A stretch of DNA of 64,000 bases from Carcharhinus amblyrhynchos (lineage: Eukaryota), in NCBI GenBank assembly GCA_965287045.1, contig OZ336873.1, positions 72,912,001-72,976,000 of the forward strand. The letters run 5' to 3'. Below are positions 25,952 to 39,922 of this stretch, one piece after another (positions within the stretch are counted from its first letter, which is position 1; every line of letters begins with the position of its first letter). The notes under the pieces were generated by a model. The model was not told where the DNA came from and did no database searches. It saw only the letters and a list, made by a program, of their open reading frames with translations. The position numbers and the translations under genes are program-made.

Positions 25952-27070
25952 GCCAGAGCACCTAGATAACAAAGATACCTATGTCAGCCTCCTGTTTATT
26001 GACTACAGCTCATTCTTCAATACCATTATTCCCATAAAACTCATCTCCAAACTCTGTGGCCTGGGCCTCAGCTCCTCCCTTTGCAAGTGGATCTTGAACT
26101 TCCTAATTCACAGACCACAATCAGTAAGGAGAGGCAACAATACCACTTCCATGATTATCCTCGCAATGCTGTGTTCTCAGCAAACCACCCCCCACCCACC
26201 CACACTATCCCTTATACACCTATGACTGTGTAGCCAAATTCCAGTCCAAAAATGTGCCGGTTAGGTTGATTGGCCATGCTAAGAAATTGCCCCTTAGTGT
26301 CCAGGGATGCGTGGGCTAGAGGGATTAGTGGGTATAATATGTAGGGATATGGGGATAGGGATTGGGTGGGATTGTGCTCAGTACAGACTTGATGGGCCGA
26401 AGGGCCTCTTTCTGCACTGTAGGGTTCTATGAAATCAATTTTTAAATTTGCTGTCAACACCACCATAGTGGGACAGACCTCAAACCATGACAAGACAGAG
26501 TACAGAAATGAGATAGAGAATCTGATGAACTGATGCGGCAACAATAATTTCTTCCACAATGTCAACAAAATGTAGGAGATTGTCATCAACTTCAGGAAGC
26601 TTAGAGGAGAACATGCCCAAGTCTACGTCAACGAGGACCAAGTAGAAAGGTCGAGAGATTCAAGTTTTTAGGTGTCCAGATCACCAAAAACATGTCCTGG
26701 TCCATCCATGCTGACACTATAGTTAAGAAAGTCCACCACCACCTCGACTTTCTCAGAAGAGTAAGGAGATTTGGCATGTCAGCTATGACTCTCACCAACG
26801 TTTACACCCATGCACCATAGAAAGCATTCTTTCTGGTTGTATCACAGCTCGTTATGGCTCCTGCTCTTCCCAAGACCGCAAGAAACTACAGAAGGTTGTG
26901 AATGTAGCCTAATCCATCACGCAAAACAGCCTCCTATTCATTTACGCTGTCTACACTTTCTGCTGCCTTGGCAAAACAGTCAGCATAATTAAGGACCTTC
27001 ATGCATCCCGGACATTTTCTCTTCCACCTTTTTCTCTCATGAAAAAGATGCAAAAGTCTGAGGTCATGCG
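25952..27070 (+). mobile_element. Rex1/Babar LINE RT fragment
   Basis: [43 protein letters not shown] followed by a KFADDTT-like region. Confidence 0.88.
26241..26432 (+). mobile_element. HE1 SINE, 5'-truncated, nested in Rex1/Babar
   Basis: ggttaggttgattggccatgctaa...gatgggccgaagggcctctttctgcactgtagggttctatga. Confidence 0.9.
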
Positions 27071-27822
27071 TCTCCAATGAAATAACACCTTTCCTCAAAT
27101 AAAGGGACCAAAACCACTGACAGTACTCCAGATGTGGTCTCACCAGTACCTTGTACAGTTGCAATAAGACTTTCCTACGCTTATACTCCAACTCCCTTGA
27201 AATAAGGGCCACAATGCCAATTAGCCTTCCTGATTACATGCTAGCTTTCCTGCACAAGCATTTCCGAGTCCCTTTGTTTTGCAGCTTTCTGCAGTTTTAC
27301 TCCATTTAAATGATACTCTGTTCTTTTTGTTCTCCATTCCAAAATGAGCAACTTCACATTTTCCCACATTATACTCCATAAATGATTTACTCCAGATGTA
27401 AGCATTGCATTGGTGAGGTAAATATGAGAAACCAAACTACAGTTATTGTGAGGTGGATGAAGATTTCAGGGCTGAAGTCTCACTGTAAAGAAGCTCAAAC
27501 TGACCTAGTTACAGTGGACAAAAATGGTTGTTCGAGTCAGATAATTCATAACACAGTTAACAGTAGAATGATATGTTTTTTCATTATTACTCTGTGATGC
27601 TGTTTCTTTTAATCGCTGTTTTACTCTGTCTCTCCTGGAAATTATGTCATTGGTTTTCTGCAAAGATATGTTTTGGTGGCCATTTCGCATTGGCAGGAGA
27701 TAGTGGAAGAACCATTTTGTTTACGTTCTAGGTTGAAGTTGTCTTCTGTGACATTAGCCCAAGTCTTGATTTGAACTGTTTAAAAATCCTCTATATGAAG
27801 TCAGTGTTGGAAGGATGGATGG

Positions 27823-28429
27823 AACATAAACATAAGAACATAAGAAATAGGGGCAGGAGTAGGCCATCTAGCCCTTCGAGCCTGCCCCGCCATTCAATAA
27901 GATCATGGCTGATCTGTCGTGGCTCAGTTCCACATTCCCGCCCTCTCCCCATAACCCTTAATCCCCTTGCCTATCAAAAACCTATCAACCCGCGTCTTAA
28001 AAATATTTAGCGAGGCAGCCTCCACCACTTCAACGGGCAGAGAATTCCAGAGATTCACCACCCTTTGAGTGAAGAAGTTCCTCCTCAACTCCGTTCTAAA
28101 CCGCCCCCCCTTTATCTTGAGGCTGTGCCCTCTAGTCCTACTGTCCTTTCTGAGCGGGAAGAGCCTCTCCACCTCTATCCTATCCATCCCATTCATCATC
28201 TTATATGTCTCAATGAGATCTCCCCTCATTCTTCTAAACTCTAACGAGTACAAGCCTAGTTTATTCAGCCTCTCCTCATAGTTCAACCCCCTCGACTCCG
28301 GTATCAGCCTAGCAAACCTCCTCTGCACTCCCTCCAAGGCCAAAATATCCTTGCGTGAGTGCGGCGACCAAAACTGCACACAGTACTCCAGCTGCGGCCT
28401 CACCAGTGCCCTGTACAGTTGCAGCAAGA
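27823..28429 (-). mobile_element. CR1 3' fragment (young subfamily), ORF2 C-terminus still open
   Basis: ORF 27924-28427 LQLYRALVRPQLEYCVQFWSP...GYGERAGMWN* plus 3' UTR with cataagaa repeats. Confidence 0.96.
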
Positions 28430-28434
28430 ACCAC

Positions 28435-28980
28435 TAGCTTTGCACCATTTTCACTTGTCCTGAAGGCACTTGGTTTTGTTCTCCTCAAATGTCGAAATCG
28501 CTTAATGATGGAGACTTTTCCATTTGGGTCTGTCTAAGATTGTTTTTTCTCAGTGTATTGGAATCTAGTTTACAAATTGTCAGATTGTCTTTTTCTGAAT
28601 TTGGGACGTCCTGTGGTGCAGGTCCCATGTTCAGCTTTCTGTTGATTCTGTCTTTGGTAGGTTAGGAGTCCTCCATGTGAATCACAAGGCCGACTTAGAA
28701 AGAAGTGATGTAAGAAGCACTAGTAGACTTTGAACTTTGTTTTGAGACAAACTCCACGCTCTTTCTGTGAGTGAACCTGCCAAACACTCAGCTTACTATG
28801 GCCAGGAAATGGCTCATTTCTTCATGCAGCTTAGTGTCATTGGAGTGGATACTTCCTAGATAGCAAAACTTCTACACAGAAAAGAGGGTATGTTATTGAT
28901 TGTGATCCTGGGGTCTTGGAGTACGGGCAAGGGGCAGTTTGATAACATTTGTTTTTTTCAAACTTATTGTCTGGCCAAAG
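28435..28980 (-). mobile_element. RTE-clade LINE remnant
   Basis: Minus strand gives FGQTISLKKTNV, ITINNI, FCYLGS and FGR motifs of the RTE RT C-terminus. Confidence 0.6.
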
Positions 28981-29036
28981 TATCTTAAGGCCCGGGATGG
29001 ATTTAACAGTGGAGCCCTTTGCGCAGTTTCATTTTC

Positions 29037-29066
29037 ACCCCCCCCCCCCCCCCCCCCCCGCCCCCC
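29037..29066. repeat. Poly-C run (G-quadruplex-prone on the minus strand)
   Basis: Near-pure C homopolymer with one G interruption. Confidence 0.85.
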
Positions 29067-30485
29067 TCTAGCTGCTCTCCCACTTAACGGCCACTTCAGA
29101 TTTTACTGAAGGAGATAAAGGGAAACAAAGCACAGAAGGGAAACAGAACAGTAATTAATATAAATATTTTAAAACAAATTGGCAAACCAAGTGACCAGCT
29201 ATGGGGGGATATGTGTAAAATGAAGCTCAGTTGTTAGACTAAAGGAAAGAATCGTAAGTGCACAAATAATTCAAAGTCTGAAACAGGAGATTTCCATTTG
29301 TGCCACTTGAAGACATCTTGTAAACTTTGCAAATTCGTTGCAGATTTCACCTGAAACAATCTAACCAACCTTGAAGGACAGTCACTGATGATCTTGTTCT
29401 GTATGTTTCGACTGTGATAAATGGATGACCAGGCAGGAGTGGTAACCTGGCAGGTGCAGGGAGCACAGGCTGTGTTTAGGATTTCTTCCCCTTTCCTGAA
29501 CTGAGGAGAGCAGCACTGTACCTGAGGTCTGCTCTGTCATTGACATCCGCTGTGAACTGACGTGGTCCCAGAGTTCTTGGGACACTGTTGCCCAGTTACA
29601 TGTAATGTAAGAAATTATGATATTGCCTCCCTGCTAACCCATAGAATTTGTTAACTTCTCCTTAATTCCATTTATTTTGACATTTTCTATGACTCTCCTA
29701 TGTTGTATGTTACCAAAGACTTTCTGAAAGTCCATATGCAACGCATCCATTGCATTTTCCCCGTCTGCCACATCTTTCAGTTATTGGCCTGTTTCCTTGC
29801 TGTACAGCTTACGTAATTCCATGTGAAGATCTCTCAGCAGGTTTGCCAAAGCATAATCTTTTTCTCATATCTGTGTTGGATGCTTGTAATCATTTTCAAA
29901 GTAACTTAGTGGTAAACTGAAAACTTTTACAGGTATTACTATGGACTTAAAGTGGAACTCTGTAACTAATTATTGCAATATGTTGTGTTCCCTAAAGAGC
30001 ATCTCCTTTATACTAGGAGAGCACAAGATTGGACACCTGAATAAACTGGCATTTACTGCATTTAGTACATTGTGGCATTGTTTCATGACTACGGAAACTT
30101 TTGGGATTTGTAGATGTTAGCCATTATTAGCTATTTTCAAAGGTTGTTAGAACAAAGTAACTTGCCTTTCCCATTCTCCCTATGTTCCCAAAATACTCAT
30201 CCAATTGGTCACACAATAAATAAGTAATTATTCTTGTTTTTGAATGGATTGTGGCAGCCATTTTTCAATCTCACACTTCAGCCACTTTGATTGTGGTACA
30301 ATAAAATCTATGAAAAATGTGTCAGGGACCTTGTGTTTACAATGAGTGGAAAATATTTCTCAAATTGATGCCCCACAAATCTAGATTTTCATGAGCTCTT
30401 GGGGCAGTTGAGTGCATCAAAGAATACTTTTAGAAAAAGTATTGATTCAAATCAGAGTGAAGTGAGGCATAATTTTATTGTATGC

Positions 30486-30643
30486 AGCGAGAATTTTTTT
30501 TGTTTTTCGAGATGCAGTCAAGAACTGGAAGTCAGGTTGCCACTGCTGCCAGCAAAAACGGAGACTTTAGCGCTCAGCCAAATCTCCATTCACTGAAGCG
30601 GGACTGGAGACTTCCAGCTGTCAGCAAGATCAGAGAATTCGGC
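30486..30643. mobile_element. Degenerate MITE (Harbinger-like)
   Basis: Imperfect TIRs gcgagaatt / gaattcggcc; 3' part resembles 39040-39195. Confidence 0.4.
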
Positions 30644-31804
30644 CTGTGTCTTGGATTGGAACATAATGTAATTTACTCATCCTCAGCCTTCAAATCCAAA
30701 TGAGGATTTCTCAAATGAGAATAGTATCAAACCTTGAGTTTTCTGGGAAAATGAATGCTGCACATGGAATGCAAATTTGGCTGCATAGAAGCCCTTGATT
30801 CATCTGTAACTTTTTGTTTCCAGCAATTAGTACACAATACTATTTGAAAGGACCCTTATTTAATGTGCAGGTTCTGATGTTTAAGGTACAAATAACATGA
30901 AGGAGAAAAAGCAACACTAAAGTGTAGCAGTATATCGACACAGCTTTCAAGAAGCTGGTCTCTTAACTGACTCCATTTTGTCGTTATGTTCTCAGTTTTT
31001 CTATTTATTTTTGTATTTGTTCCTAGATTGAGAGTATTACTGGCAAGGCCAACATCTATTGCTCATCAGTACTTACCTAGCATTATTGTGGCTCTTATAA
31101 CAGAAAGTCAACCTTCTGCAGGTTTCCAACTGCATGCTGCTGGTTTTTGCATTGGAAAATCTGCCCACAAGGAACTTACTTACAATAGAACCCTCATAAT
31201 GGAAGGCTAGAGACTTCCAACCCACTCTGTTGTGCTGTTTCCAAACCTAGATCTCAGACATCAGACAATGCTTCAATTTACTGGGGCACATTTAGTTGAG
31301 AATTTTGATTGACATAGCATATCTGTGTTACTTATCCCAATCTCTGCCATGGAATGAGCAAAATTACTCACAGGATGTGGGCAATTATTTTCTGCTTAAC
31401 ACACTGCACATTAGTTTTCTTGGGCTCTCTGTCACACCCATATGTGAAATGGACAAGGAATTTAGCTCCATATTACCACCTGTCAGTTCGTACTTAATGG
31501 AATTGTGCCAGGGACACGCTCTTAATTCTATGTGGGCAGATTATTATCTCAAAGCACTGCTTACATGAATAGATGGTGAGCATTTGTACCAAATGTCAAG
31601 ATAGTGAGACAGGAAGAGCAAAGAGAAATAGTGTGTTAAGTTGCACCCTGTAACCCTTTCGCTATATTTATGGTGTATGATCTAATACTTTATTATTAGT
31701 GCAGCTCTTGTCAGTGAAGTGAAAAGGATTATAGCTCTGCTTCTCCAAACTACAAAAAGAATACTGAAACAGCAGGGAAATTGCGGAAGAGATTTAGAAA
31801 ACTG

Positions 31805-32220
31805 TTAGCACAGTTCAGAGACTGTAATTCTCAGGAAAGATTGGAAAAGAGAAGACACTGAGGAGAGCCAATAGATGTCTTTAAAGTTATGAAGGCATTT
31901 GATAAGATGCATGTGGAGAAACTGTTTCCATTTGTGGCTGAGTCCAGAACAAGGGACACAGATGTGAAATAGATCAAGTGAAGAATCCAGGATGAATTTA
32001 TTTACATACACTAGGGTGAAATTGTGGAACTTGCTGCTGTGTAGTGTACTTGAAACAGCACTGAGCTATTCATTGGGAGGCCTCGTTTTTATATAAGGTA
32101 ACAGGAAATTGGAATGAAGTGGGAAGAATTAGCTAGAGCAGAAGGAGGTGTGAGTGGATTGTGAACACCAGCAAAAATCAGATGGGCTGAATACTTGATT
32201 CTGTGCGATAGATCCTGTGT
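31805..32220 (+). mobile_element. Very old CR1 3' fragment
   Basis: ctgaggagagccaatagatgtctttaaagttatgaaggcatttgata...gagtccagaacaaggg; tail gatgggctgaat. Confidence 0.65.
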
Positions 32221-32349
32221 TTGTATTGTCTAGGAATGTTAATTATTTGTTAATAATTGTCCTGCAGCATTGCTGTCAATAGATTGAAGCGTTGGTGCTT
32301 GAACATGAACATAGTACAGTGAAATACATAGGTCAGTGGCGCAGCATCA

Positions 32350-32712
32350 GAAAGAAAGAAAAATAGCATGCATTTATGTAGCACCTTTCACAACCTCAGG
32401 ACATTCTGAAGTGCTTTAAAACTATTTAAGTACTTTTGAAGTGTAGTCACAGCTATAATGTAGGAAAGGTGGCAGCCATTTTGTACACACTATTCCCACA
32501 AAATAGCAGTGGAATAATGACCAGAGTATATTTTGGGTGTTAGCTAAAGAATCAGTATTGGTGAGGACATCAGGGAGAACATCCCTGCTTTTCTCTAAAA
32601 GAATGATTTGGGATCTTTCACATTCATCTGAGAGGACAGATGGGGCCTCGATTTACTGTCTGACCTGAAAGGTCACACCTCTGACAGTTCACCACTCGCT
32701 CAGTGCTGCTCA
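32350..32712 (-). mobile_element. DeuSINE (SacSINE1-like)
   Basis: gcatttatgtagcacctttcacaacctcaggac...gtgtagtcac...gacagatggggcctcgattta...ctctgacag. Confidence 0.8.
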
Positions 32713-33828
32713 ATTATGAAGGAATATAGTGTGAACTGTGGCTTTTTTTTGTATTACATGTTGCTGATTTCGTGCCCTGTGTTCACAGTCTGCATATTAT
32801 GGACTCTGTATGATCGCCAAAGATGCCAGATTTTCTAAGGATGAAAAGTGAAAAAACGCTAATTAATTTTAGTCATATAACTGACCTTCAGAAAAACATC
32901 CTGTTATCTGACCTGCGCCTCAGAATCTGGCGATAGCAGCAAACTGCTGATTCGGATGAAAGGTGATGGCATGAGAATCTTGATGAGAGCCTATAGCAGG
33001 CAGATCTATAGATCCGCTATTGACTGAAATGTTCATGAAATTCACTGAAGAGAAGACCTTGGATAAGACTTTGAGGGACTTGAAGGATTAACCCAAGTAT
33101 AGGTACAATTATTCCAGGCAGTTAAAAGAGTAATTGCCATAAAATAATATGGGTTAAGGAACTAAATATACTGTTCTTTTGGTAGGGTGTTCTCTGCCAC
33201 TCCTATGAAGTGAATTTGGAGGAAAATTCCTTATGTCTTCAGTACCTCCAGGGTCATCACCAACATCTAAAAATTAGTGCAAAAACTAGGGAGCTGTTGC
33301 ACGGACGGGTGAAGCAGCAGCCTGATATTGTTGTACTAATGTTTATGCTTTCGATTAACGCCATAGACATCACCCACAGATGGTAAGAGGATATCCTATC
33401 CCACTTGCAGGACAGACCACCAGGAGTAGCAGCACCATGGTATAAAGTCAGGAGGGATTGGTCTTGGTAGTTATTGACACTGGATCCTAGCAAGACTCAT
33501 GACATCAGAACAAACTTGGACAATGTAACTTCCTGCTTATCAACAGCTATCTTTCTCCCTTTGCTGATCAGTCAGTGCTCCATGTTGAACATCTCTTGGA
33601 TGAGGCACGTGTGGTAGCAAAGGCACAGAGTGTACTCTGGGTGATCAAGTGTCCGTCATCAAGAGTGGCTTGGTCTCAGCACTGCTTTCCCTCACCAACC
33701 CACTGGTCAAATGTTCCTCTGTCAATGACATTATTGGTAGGCACGAACACCAAACAGTCCTTGTGGAGACGAGTCCTGTCTCCAAACTGAGGGCATCCAC
33801 CGTTGTTATGTGGTATTGTGTCAACCAT

Positions 33829-34270
33829 GGCTGAACTGGTAGTTCAATTTGATTCTGAGTCAGAAGGTGCTGGGCTCAAGCCCCATCCCAGGACCTGAGC
33901 ACAAAATCCAAGCTGTCACTCTAGTGCAGTACTGAGGGCGTGCAGCACTTTTGGAGGTGCTGTCTCTTGCATGAGGTGTTAAACGAAGGCTCCATCTGTC
34001 GTCATGGGTAGATGTAAAAGATCGTCTGGCACTATTTTGAAGTGGAGAGGGACATTATCAGTTGTGCTGTAGCCAATATTTGTCCCTCAATCCAAATAAT
34101 AAATACAGATTATCTGGTTATTATCACATTTGTGGGAGTTTGCTGTGCACAAATTGGTTGCTGTGTTACCTACATTAGGACGGTGTCTTTACTTCAGAAT
34201 ACTTAATTTTAATTGACTGTAGTGTTTTACGATGTCTAGTTGTTGTGAAAGACATTTCATAGATAAAATT
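33829..34270 (+). mobile_element. DeuSINE (SacSINE1-like), near full length
   Basis: ctgagtcagaaggtgctgggctcaagcccc...cagtactgagggcgtgcagcac...gatgtaaaagatc...tgctgtgcacaaattggttgctg. Confidence 0.88.
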
Positions 34271-34351
34271 TTGTTCGTTACCTCTATGCTGAATGGTATA
34301 GATTCAGAACAGATCATGCAACTCAACTTGTTGTCCATAAAGTGTTGTGGG

Positions 34352-34409
34352 TCATCATCATCAGCATCAGCATCATCAGCATCAGCATCATCAGCATCAT
34401 CATCATCAG
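34352..34409. repeat. Mixed (CAT/CAG)n microsatellite
   Basis: catcatcatcagcatcagcatcatcagcatcag... Confidence 0.95.
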
Positions 34410-37369
34410 AATTGTATTCCACTATTGTCAATTAAGTTGTGGCCGAGTGCGTCCCTTGCTCTACCATTACCATCAAATCAGGGAACCAATCCTGGTACAA
34501 CAAGGAGTGTAGACAAGTGCATCAGGAGCAACACCAAGTGTATCTGAAAATTAGGTCCTAACCTGGTGAAATTATATCACAAAACTATTATCATGTTAAA
34601 CAGCAGAAGCAGCATGCTACAGACAGAGCTAAGCAATCTCACAGCCAATGAATCAGATTTAAGGTTTGCAATCCTGTCACGTTCAGTTGTGAATGGTGGT
34701 GGACAATTTAAAAACTAACTGGAGGAGAAGGCGCCACAAACATCCCTATCTTCAATCCATGGCGGAGCCTGACATCAGACGATGGAAGACCCTTAACATC
34801 AGGACAAAATATAAGGCTGAAGCATTTGTAACCATTTTTAGCCTGAAGTGCTGAGTGCGTGATTCATCTTGGCCCCCTCCTGAAGCCGCCACGATCATAG
34901 ATGCCAGTCTTCAGTCAATTCAATTCAATGAAAGCAGCATAGAAGACAGCAAAAGCTATGCTTTTGACAACATCTCAGCTGAAGTATTGAAAACTTGTGC
35001 AGGATTAGCCATGCCCCTAACCAAGCTGTTCTAGTACAGCTACAAAGCTGGCATCTACCCAATATGTGGAAAATTGTCCAAGTCTCCCTTGTCGTAAAAA
35101 AAAGACAAATCTGATGTGGCTGATTACTACCTTTTTCAGTTTACTTTCAGTTATAGCCAAAGAATGGAGGGTGAAACTGACAGTGTTTTCAAGTAGCACA
35201 CACAGCATTAACCTGCTCACCCATACGCATTTTGGGTTCTACCAGGCAGCTGAACCCCAGATTTTAACCCAGCATTAGTGCAGGAATAATCTGCACTTGT
35301 CTAGCTGAGTGAAGCTTCAACAACACTTAAGAAGCTTGATGCCATCCAGGACAAAGCAGCCTGCTTGGCTCACTACCTTAAACATTCAATCCCTGCACAC
35401 CAGAGCATGGTGTCTGCAGTGTATACCAACTATAAATAGTGCTGCAGGAATTCACTAAGATTCTTTGACAGCACCTGTCAAACTTAGCATCTTTACCACC
35501 TCGAAGAACAAGGGAAGCATAGGAACATTATCATCCTGTCTTAAAATGTATCATTATTTCTTCATCATTACGGTATCAAAATCATGGAACTCCCCACCTA
35601 ATAACATTGTGGGAGTATCTTCAGAACATCAACAGCACCACCACCACTTCAAGGTAATCAAGGATGGGCTTTTCCATTGATCCCCATATCCCATGAAGAA
35701 AAAGGTAGCTCTGTACTTCAATAGAGAGAACCAAGAGCCAACCCTATGCAATTTGTCTGCTTCCTACATCCAAGGTTAGAGTTGGAAAAAATTTAAACCT
35801 GAGGCAGACACAGTACCCGATTCTCATGATTACTTTCTCCCAAGTGAAATAGCACCACTGTGTTTGCAGGATCTTGAACACAACAGCATCCTATCAGAAA
35901 TGGGTTAATGGAATATATCTTGGCATCTCTGTGAGACGCACAGCATAGTGGACAGGATATGGTGTGCTAATCCAGTCACCTGAAGTTTCATTGCTTGTCA
36001 TGTAATCCTATGATTTGCTTTTCCAATGATATAACAGGTGTTGCACAAAATCAGATCCCTAAAACATTGCTGTAAAATTTAACTTTAAAATTACCTTAAG
36101 TTGCAAAACTGTCAGTTGTTTTCTGCAATCCCTAATAAATCAGCAGAAATTCAATGTGATAACCATGGAATTCAGTTTATTCGTTTGTTTCAAATCAGTG
36201 GGATTGCTGATGTGTAATCTTGCACCTCCAACTGTGCACCCACGCTAGTAAACAGCAGGTATCGCATGAATCACAAATAGGTTATAATGCCAAAGTTACA
36301 GTATTTGCTTCTCCAGCTGATTCCTGTTAAACATTTTGGCAACAACAGAAAGATTGGCCAAGTAGATTTTTAATTGGAATGCTGAGTTGTTTTCGAACCC
36401 CCTTCTGAGAGATGGCTTTGGTATTCCAAATCATCCTTTCATGAAAGATATGTTGACCTGCCAGATATATACAGGCACACACACAACATGGGAGAGCACC
36501 ATCAATGTACATAGGATGAGAGAGTAAACCATAGACGCAGAAATAATTGGTGAGAAAAAAGGACGGTGAAGAAGAGAGAACTGCAGATCTGTAAAAGGAC
36601 AGAGGAAGGGACGTTAATACACACAGACAGGGAACTACGCAAACACAGGAAGGGAGAGGCACAAGAATGAAGAGGAAACCCCAGAAATACATTGGGACAA
36701 GACACACTGAGAAAGCTCGACATATCCATGAGGATGCAGAGAAAACCTAAGAAAAATAGGCGGATTGGAAATTTATAGGAAGAGAGGAAGCACTCCCATT
36801 GCTACAAACAGACATAAGGACAGAACGCGAGTTTGAATAATTTCTGTGGAGGATGAAGTTGTTGCAATACTTGAGGCCATGTTATTAAATATAAACACGA
36901 AATAATTTTGTTTCAGGGTTCTTGGAATTTTGCTCCAGGCAAAATTAAACATTACCTCTCTGAACTAAGCAGAGTCACAATCTAATTGTGTTCAGACATT
37001 AGCATTTTTATTGATTTGAAGTGCTGAGTGCTGCATGAACCATTGTGCACACACAACTGTGTGATGTCTGTCAACATAACCTATAATTATTTTTTTCTGC
37101 AATACTAGGATTCTGTTAGATGAATAATTATTGCTGTTTGATGCTGTCTGATGAGCCCAAACCTACACAAGAACAATTTAAAATACAAAACATTGCTAAA
37201 TCATTTTGGCCTGAGAGATTTTAGCATTTTTAATCAGCTGAGTGGGATTCTTTTCACTGAAACTATAAATAAACACTTCAAGAGTAGCTCAAGAAACTCT
37301 GAATTAGCATCAGGCTAAGCAGCGTGTAGCAGAATCCTCACCATCTGTAGCTTGATTATGGGATGATAT

Positions 37370-38325
37370 GAAGAAATATGATTTTTTCCAATATTAATGT
37401 GGGATACTGTGAAGCAATCTGTGAGGTTTGTGTGTGCATGTTTGTGTGTGACTAAATTAATTGAACTAAAGACAGAATATAATGTTCCAATCATCAGAGG
37501 ATTAGGTGTAAAAACAGGCATTTTGAAGTGGAGATGAGCAAAATTAAGATGGGATAAGTAAACAACATGGATGGAAATTTGCACGAGATAAAAATGGCTT
37601 GTTTCTGTTTACTTGTTGAATCTCAAAGGATGAGTTAAAACTGGCAAAGATCATAAATGAATGAAGCAATGTTTTCAATTTATTTTTCCCCAAAAGTAGG
37701 GGCCATAAAGACAACATGAAATTTTTTTATATCTTGGGAAAGGTAACTTCCAAAGGAAAATTAAGAACAATGGGTTTGAAGATGAAATGAAAACATATTG
37801 GAGCAAAACTTGAAAACTATTAGTAGAAGAAGTCATGTGATATCCTGAAGAGTGCTGTGAGAGGACAAACCTGTGAGGAAAGAAGCCACTAGCCACCCCC
37901 AGGGAAGTTTTTGTCCCAGAAAGCAAGGTTTTGTTTCCAGTCTTGGATCTCCATTGTCAAGTGAGAGAGAGAGAAACCCTGTGAAATACCTCCCGTATAA
38001 CAATAGTAGGCACCTTGTGGTAATATTATTGGTTTTCTTTATAGATTAAGAATCTGAAGGAACTGTTGATTGGAAATGCTGTATATTTGTGAATCTGGTT
38101 AAGTATAAATCTTTTGGGAAATGTTGTAAGATTAACTGTAATCTTATGGTTTTTATAAGTGTTTTAATATATTTAAACATTTAAAGTGGTATTTGATTTC
38201 TTACTCCTGACTTCAGTGTGCATATCTTCTTGTAATAAAATACAAATTGCAAATTGTTTGATAGCTTGATCAAGTCTCCTTTTGGGATTTGGTCAGCCTG
38301 ACAATTACCATCTGCCATATCATAA
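37370..38325 (+). mobile_element. Possible solo LTR remnant (Gypsy-like)
   Basis: AATAAA near 38233 and an end ttgggatttggtcagcctgacaattaccatctgccatatcataa resembling shark LTR 3' ends; no TSD confirmed. Confidence 0.35.
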
Positions 38326-39039
38326 AATTTATATGAGAAACTGCAGCCCTGCATTTACTATGTCAGCATGCTTTATCACAGATGTGCATAGTCTTCAGTC
38401 GCAGCACAAAAAGGCTTAAATTTAGAGGGCACAATTAGACAAAAGCTCAAAGCTTGATCTTCCAGCTGCAGATGAGATGTAGTCTTGAGGCCTCTTAACC
38501 AAATCTTGCTCCTGTGTCTCATAATTCATTGACCTGATTATGTGTCAGTAAAGCTGTCACTTTTGAGAATATAGACCTAGACAAGCCTGCATCCCTGTTA
38601 GTTATAAGTGACTTATTTTGTGCTTTCTCAACTGACAGTATTAACAATACACAAAGAAGCAATTCTAGCAAATCTAATTATTTTCAAGTTGAATAGTTTA
38701 ATTATAATCCTGGTTTCAATATGTGATTGGCTACATCTGTCTGTGTGTGGTATCAATGTTTTATTGTACAGTGTGATTAAGATGCATGCAAAGCCTGTGT
38801 AATCTTTATAGCTACCAGCTCCTGATAGTTTAGCTGTCACATATTAAAATTCCCACAATATTTCCCCGATAGTGCATTTTGTCGTGAAACACCCAAACCT
38901 ATAACTAAAAACATAAATTGATGGTGGTGATGTTTTTTGGCTTATTCTAAATGTCCTTTTTAAAGATCTATTTTGAACATATTTCAAAAGAATAATTGGA
39001 ATAATGATCTCCTTGGTTTAAAATCCATTCAGATGTTGT

Positions 39040-39195
39040 GGGCGAGATTTTCAGCACCAGAGGTTCGTGCCATTGATCATCGGTGGTATCTTCTGGTCCC
39101 CACGAAGTCCAGTGTTTTGCATGGCTCGCTTGTCTACTGCAGGGGACCCCTTCACAGGGGTTTGCATTCAGTGGAAGGACCAGAAAATCCTGCTC
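39040..39195. mobile_element. MITE, PIF/Harbinger-like
   Basis: TIRs gggcgagattttc / gaaaatcctgctc (10 of 13 match) flanked by 3-bp TGT on both sides. Confidence 0.55.
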
Positions 39196-39569
39196 TGTTT
39201 TTTGTAAAATCTCATAAGTTGTACTCATGATATTTGAATTAAAGCAACATAAGCATGTTTAGTTTTCTTTTGCCTTAAAATCCAAATATATGCAGGTTAG
39301 GAAATAGCTTTCTATAGATGTGTTATAAAATCAGATACAATCATCAAATTTTACAAAAATTGTGTTTTTTTTAATATAATGCTGCTCAATGTATCCTGTA
39401 ATAATTGTCTGTTCATTTCAGTGCATGTTACCTTGATATTCTTTTTGGTAACAGCACAAGTGCAATTTCTTAAAATTAATGGCTTGTGAGGGACCTGAAT
39501 GGTAACTTTCAGCAGCATAGAGGGAACATTATTCTTTGGGGGTTTTTGAAGTGAAAAAATGTAGCTCAA

Positions 39570-39922
39570 CTATAAAATAATGAGGGGCAAAGATCAGCTA
39601 GATAGTCAATATCTCTTCCCAAAGGTAGGGGAGTCTAAAACTAGAGGGCATAGGTTTCAGATGAGAGGGGAGAGATACAAAAGTGTCCAGAGGGGTAATT
39701 GTTTCACAGACAGGGTGGTGAGTATCTCAAACAAACTGCCAGAGGTAGTAGAGGCGGGTACAATTTTGTCTTTTAAAAAGCATTTAGACAGCTACATGGG
39801 TAACATGGATATAGAGGGATATGGGGCAAATGCGGGCAATTGGGACTAGCTTTAGGGTTTAAGAAAAAAAGACTGCATGGACAAGTTGGGCCAAAGAGCC
39901 TGTTTTCATGCTGTAAACCTTT
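39570..39922 (+). mobile_element. CR1 3' fragment (third subfamily)
   Basis: DSQYLFPKVGESKTRGHRF...GYGANAGNWD* plus tail gcatggacaagttgggcc. Confidence 0.9.

Larger units (their letters stand above)
25615..27380 (-). mobile_element. CR1 3' fragment interrupted by Rex1/Babar (CR1 at 25615-25950 and 27070-27380)
   Basis: SRTRGHSLKIKG, VLLQLYKVLVRPHLEYC, CR1 3' UTR. Confidence 0.85.
33255..35700 (+). mobile_element. Ancient CR1-group LINE, degraded, with nested DeuSINE and microsatellite
   Basis: Endonuclease remnants (KLGELLHGRVKQQPDIV, SVLHVEHLLDEARVVAKAQSVLWV), RT remnants and the family 3' tail. Confidence 0.7.

Noticed and set aside
34189-34547. Poly-Asp, poly-Ser and His/Gln ORFs
   Set aside because: Artefacts of a (CAT/CAG)n microsatellite between repeat fragments.
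36327-36800. 126-aa hydrophobic minus-strand ORF
   Set aside because: Derives from a purine-rich low-complexity tract.
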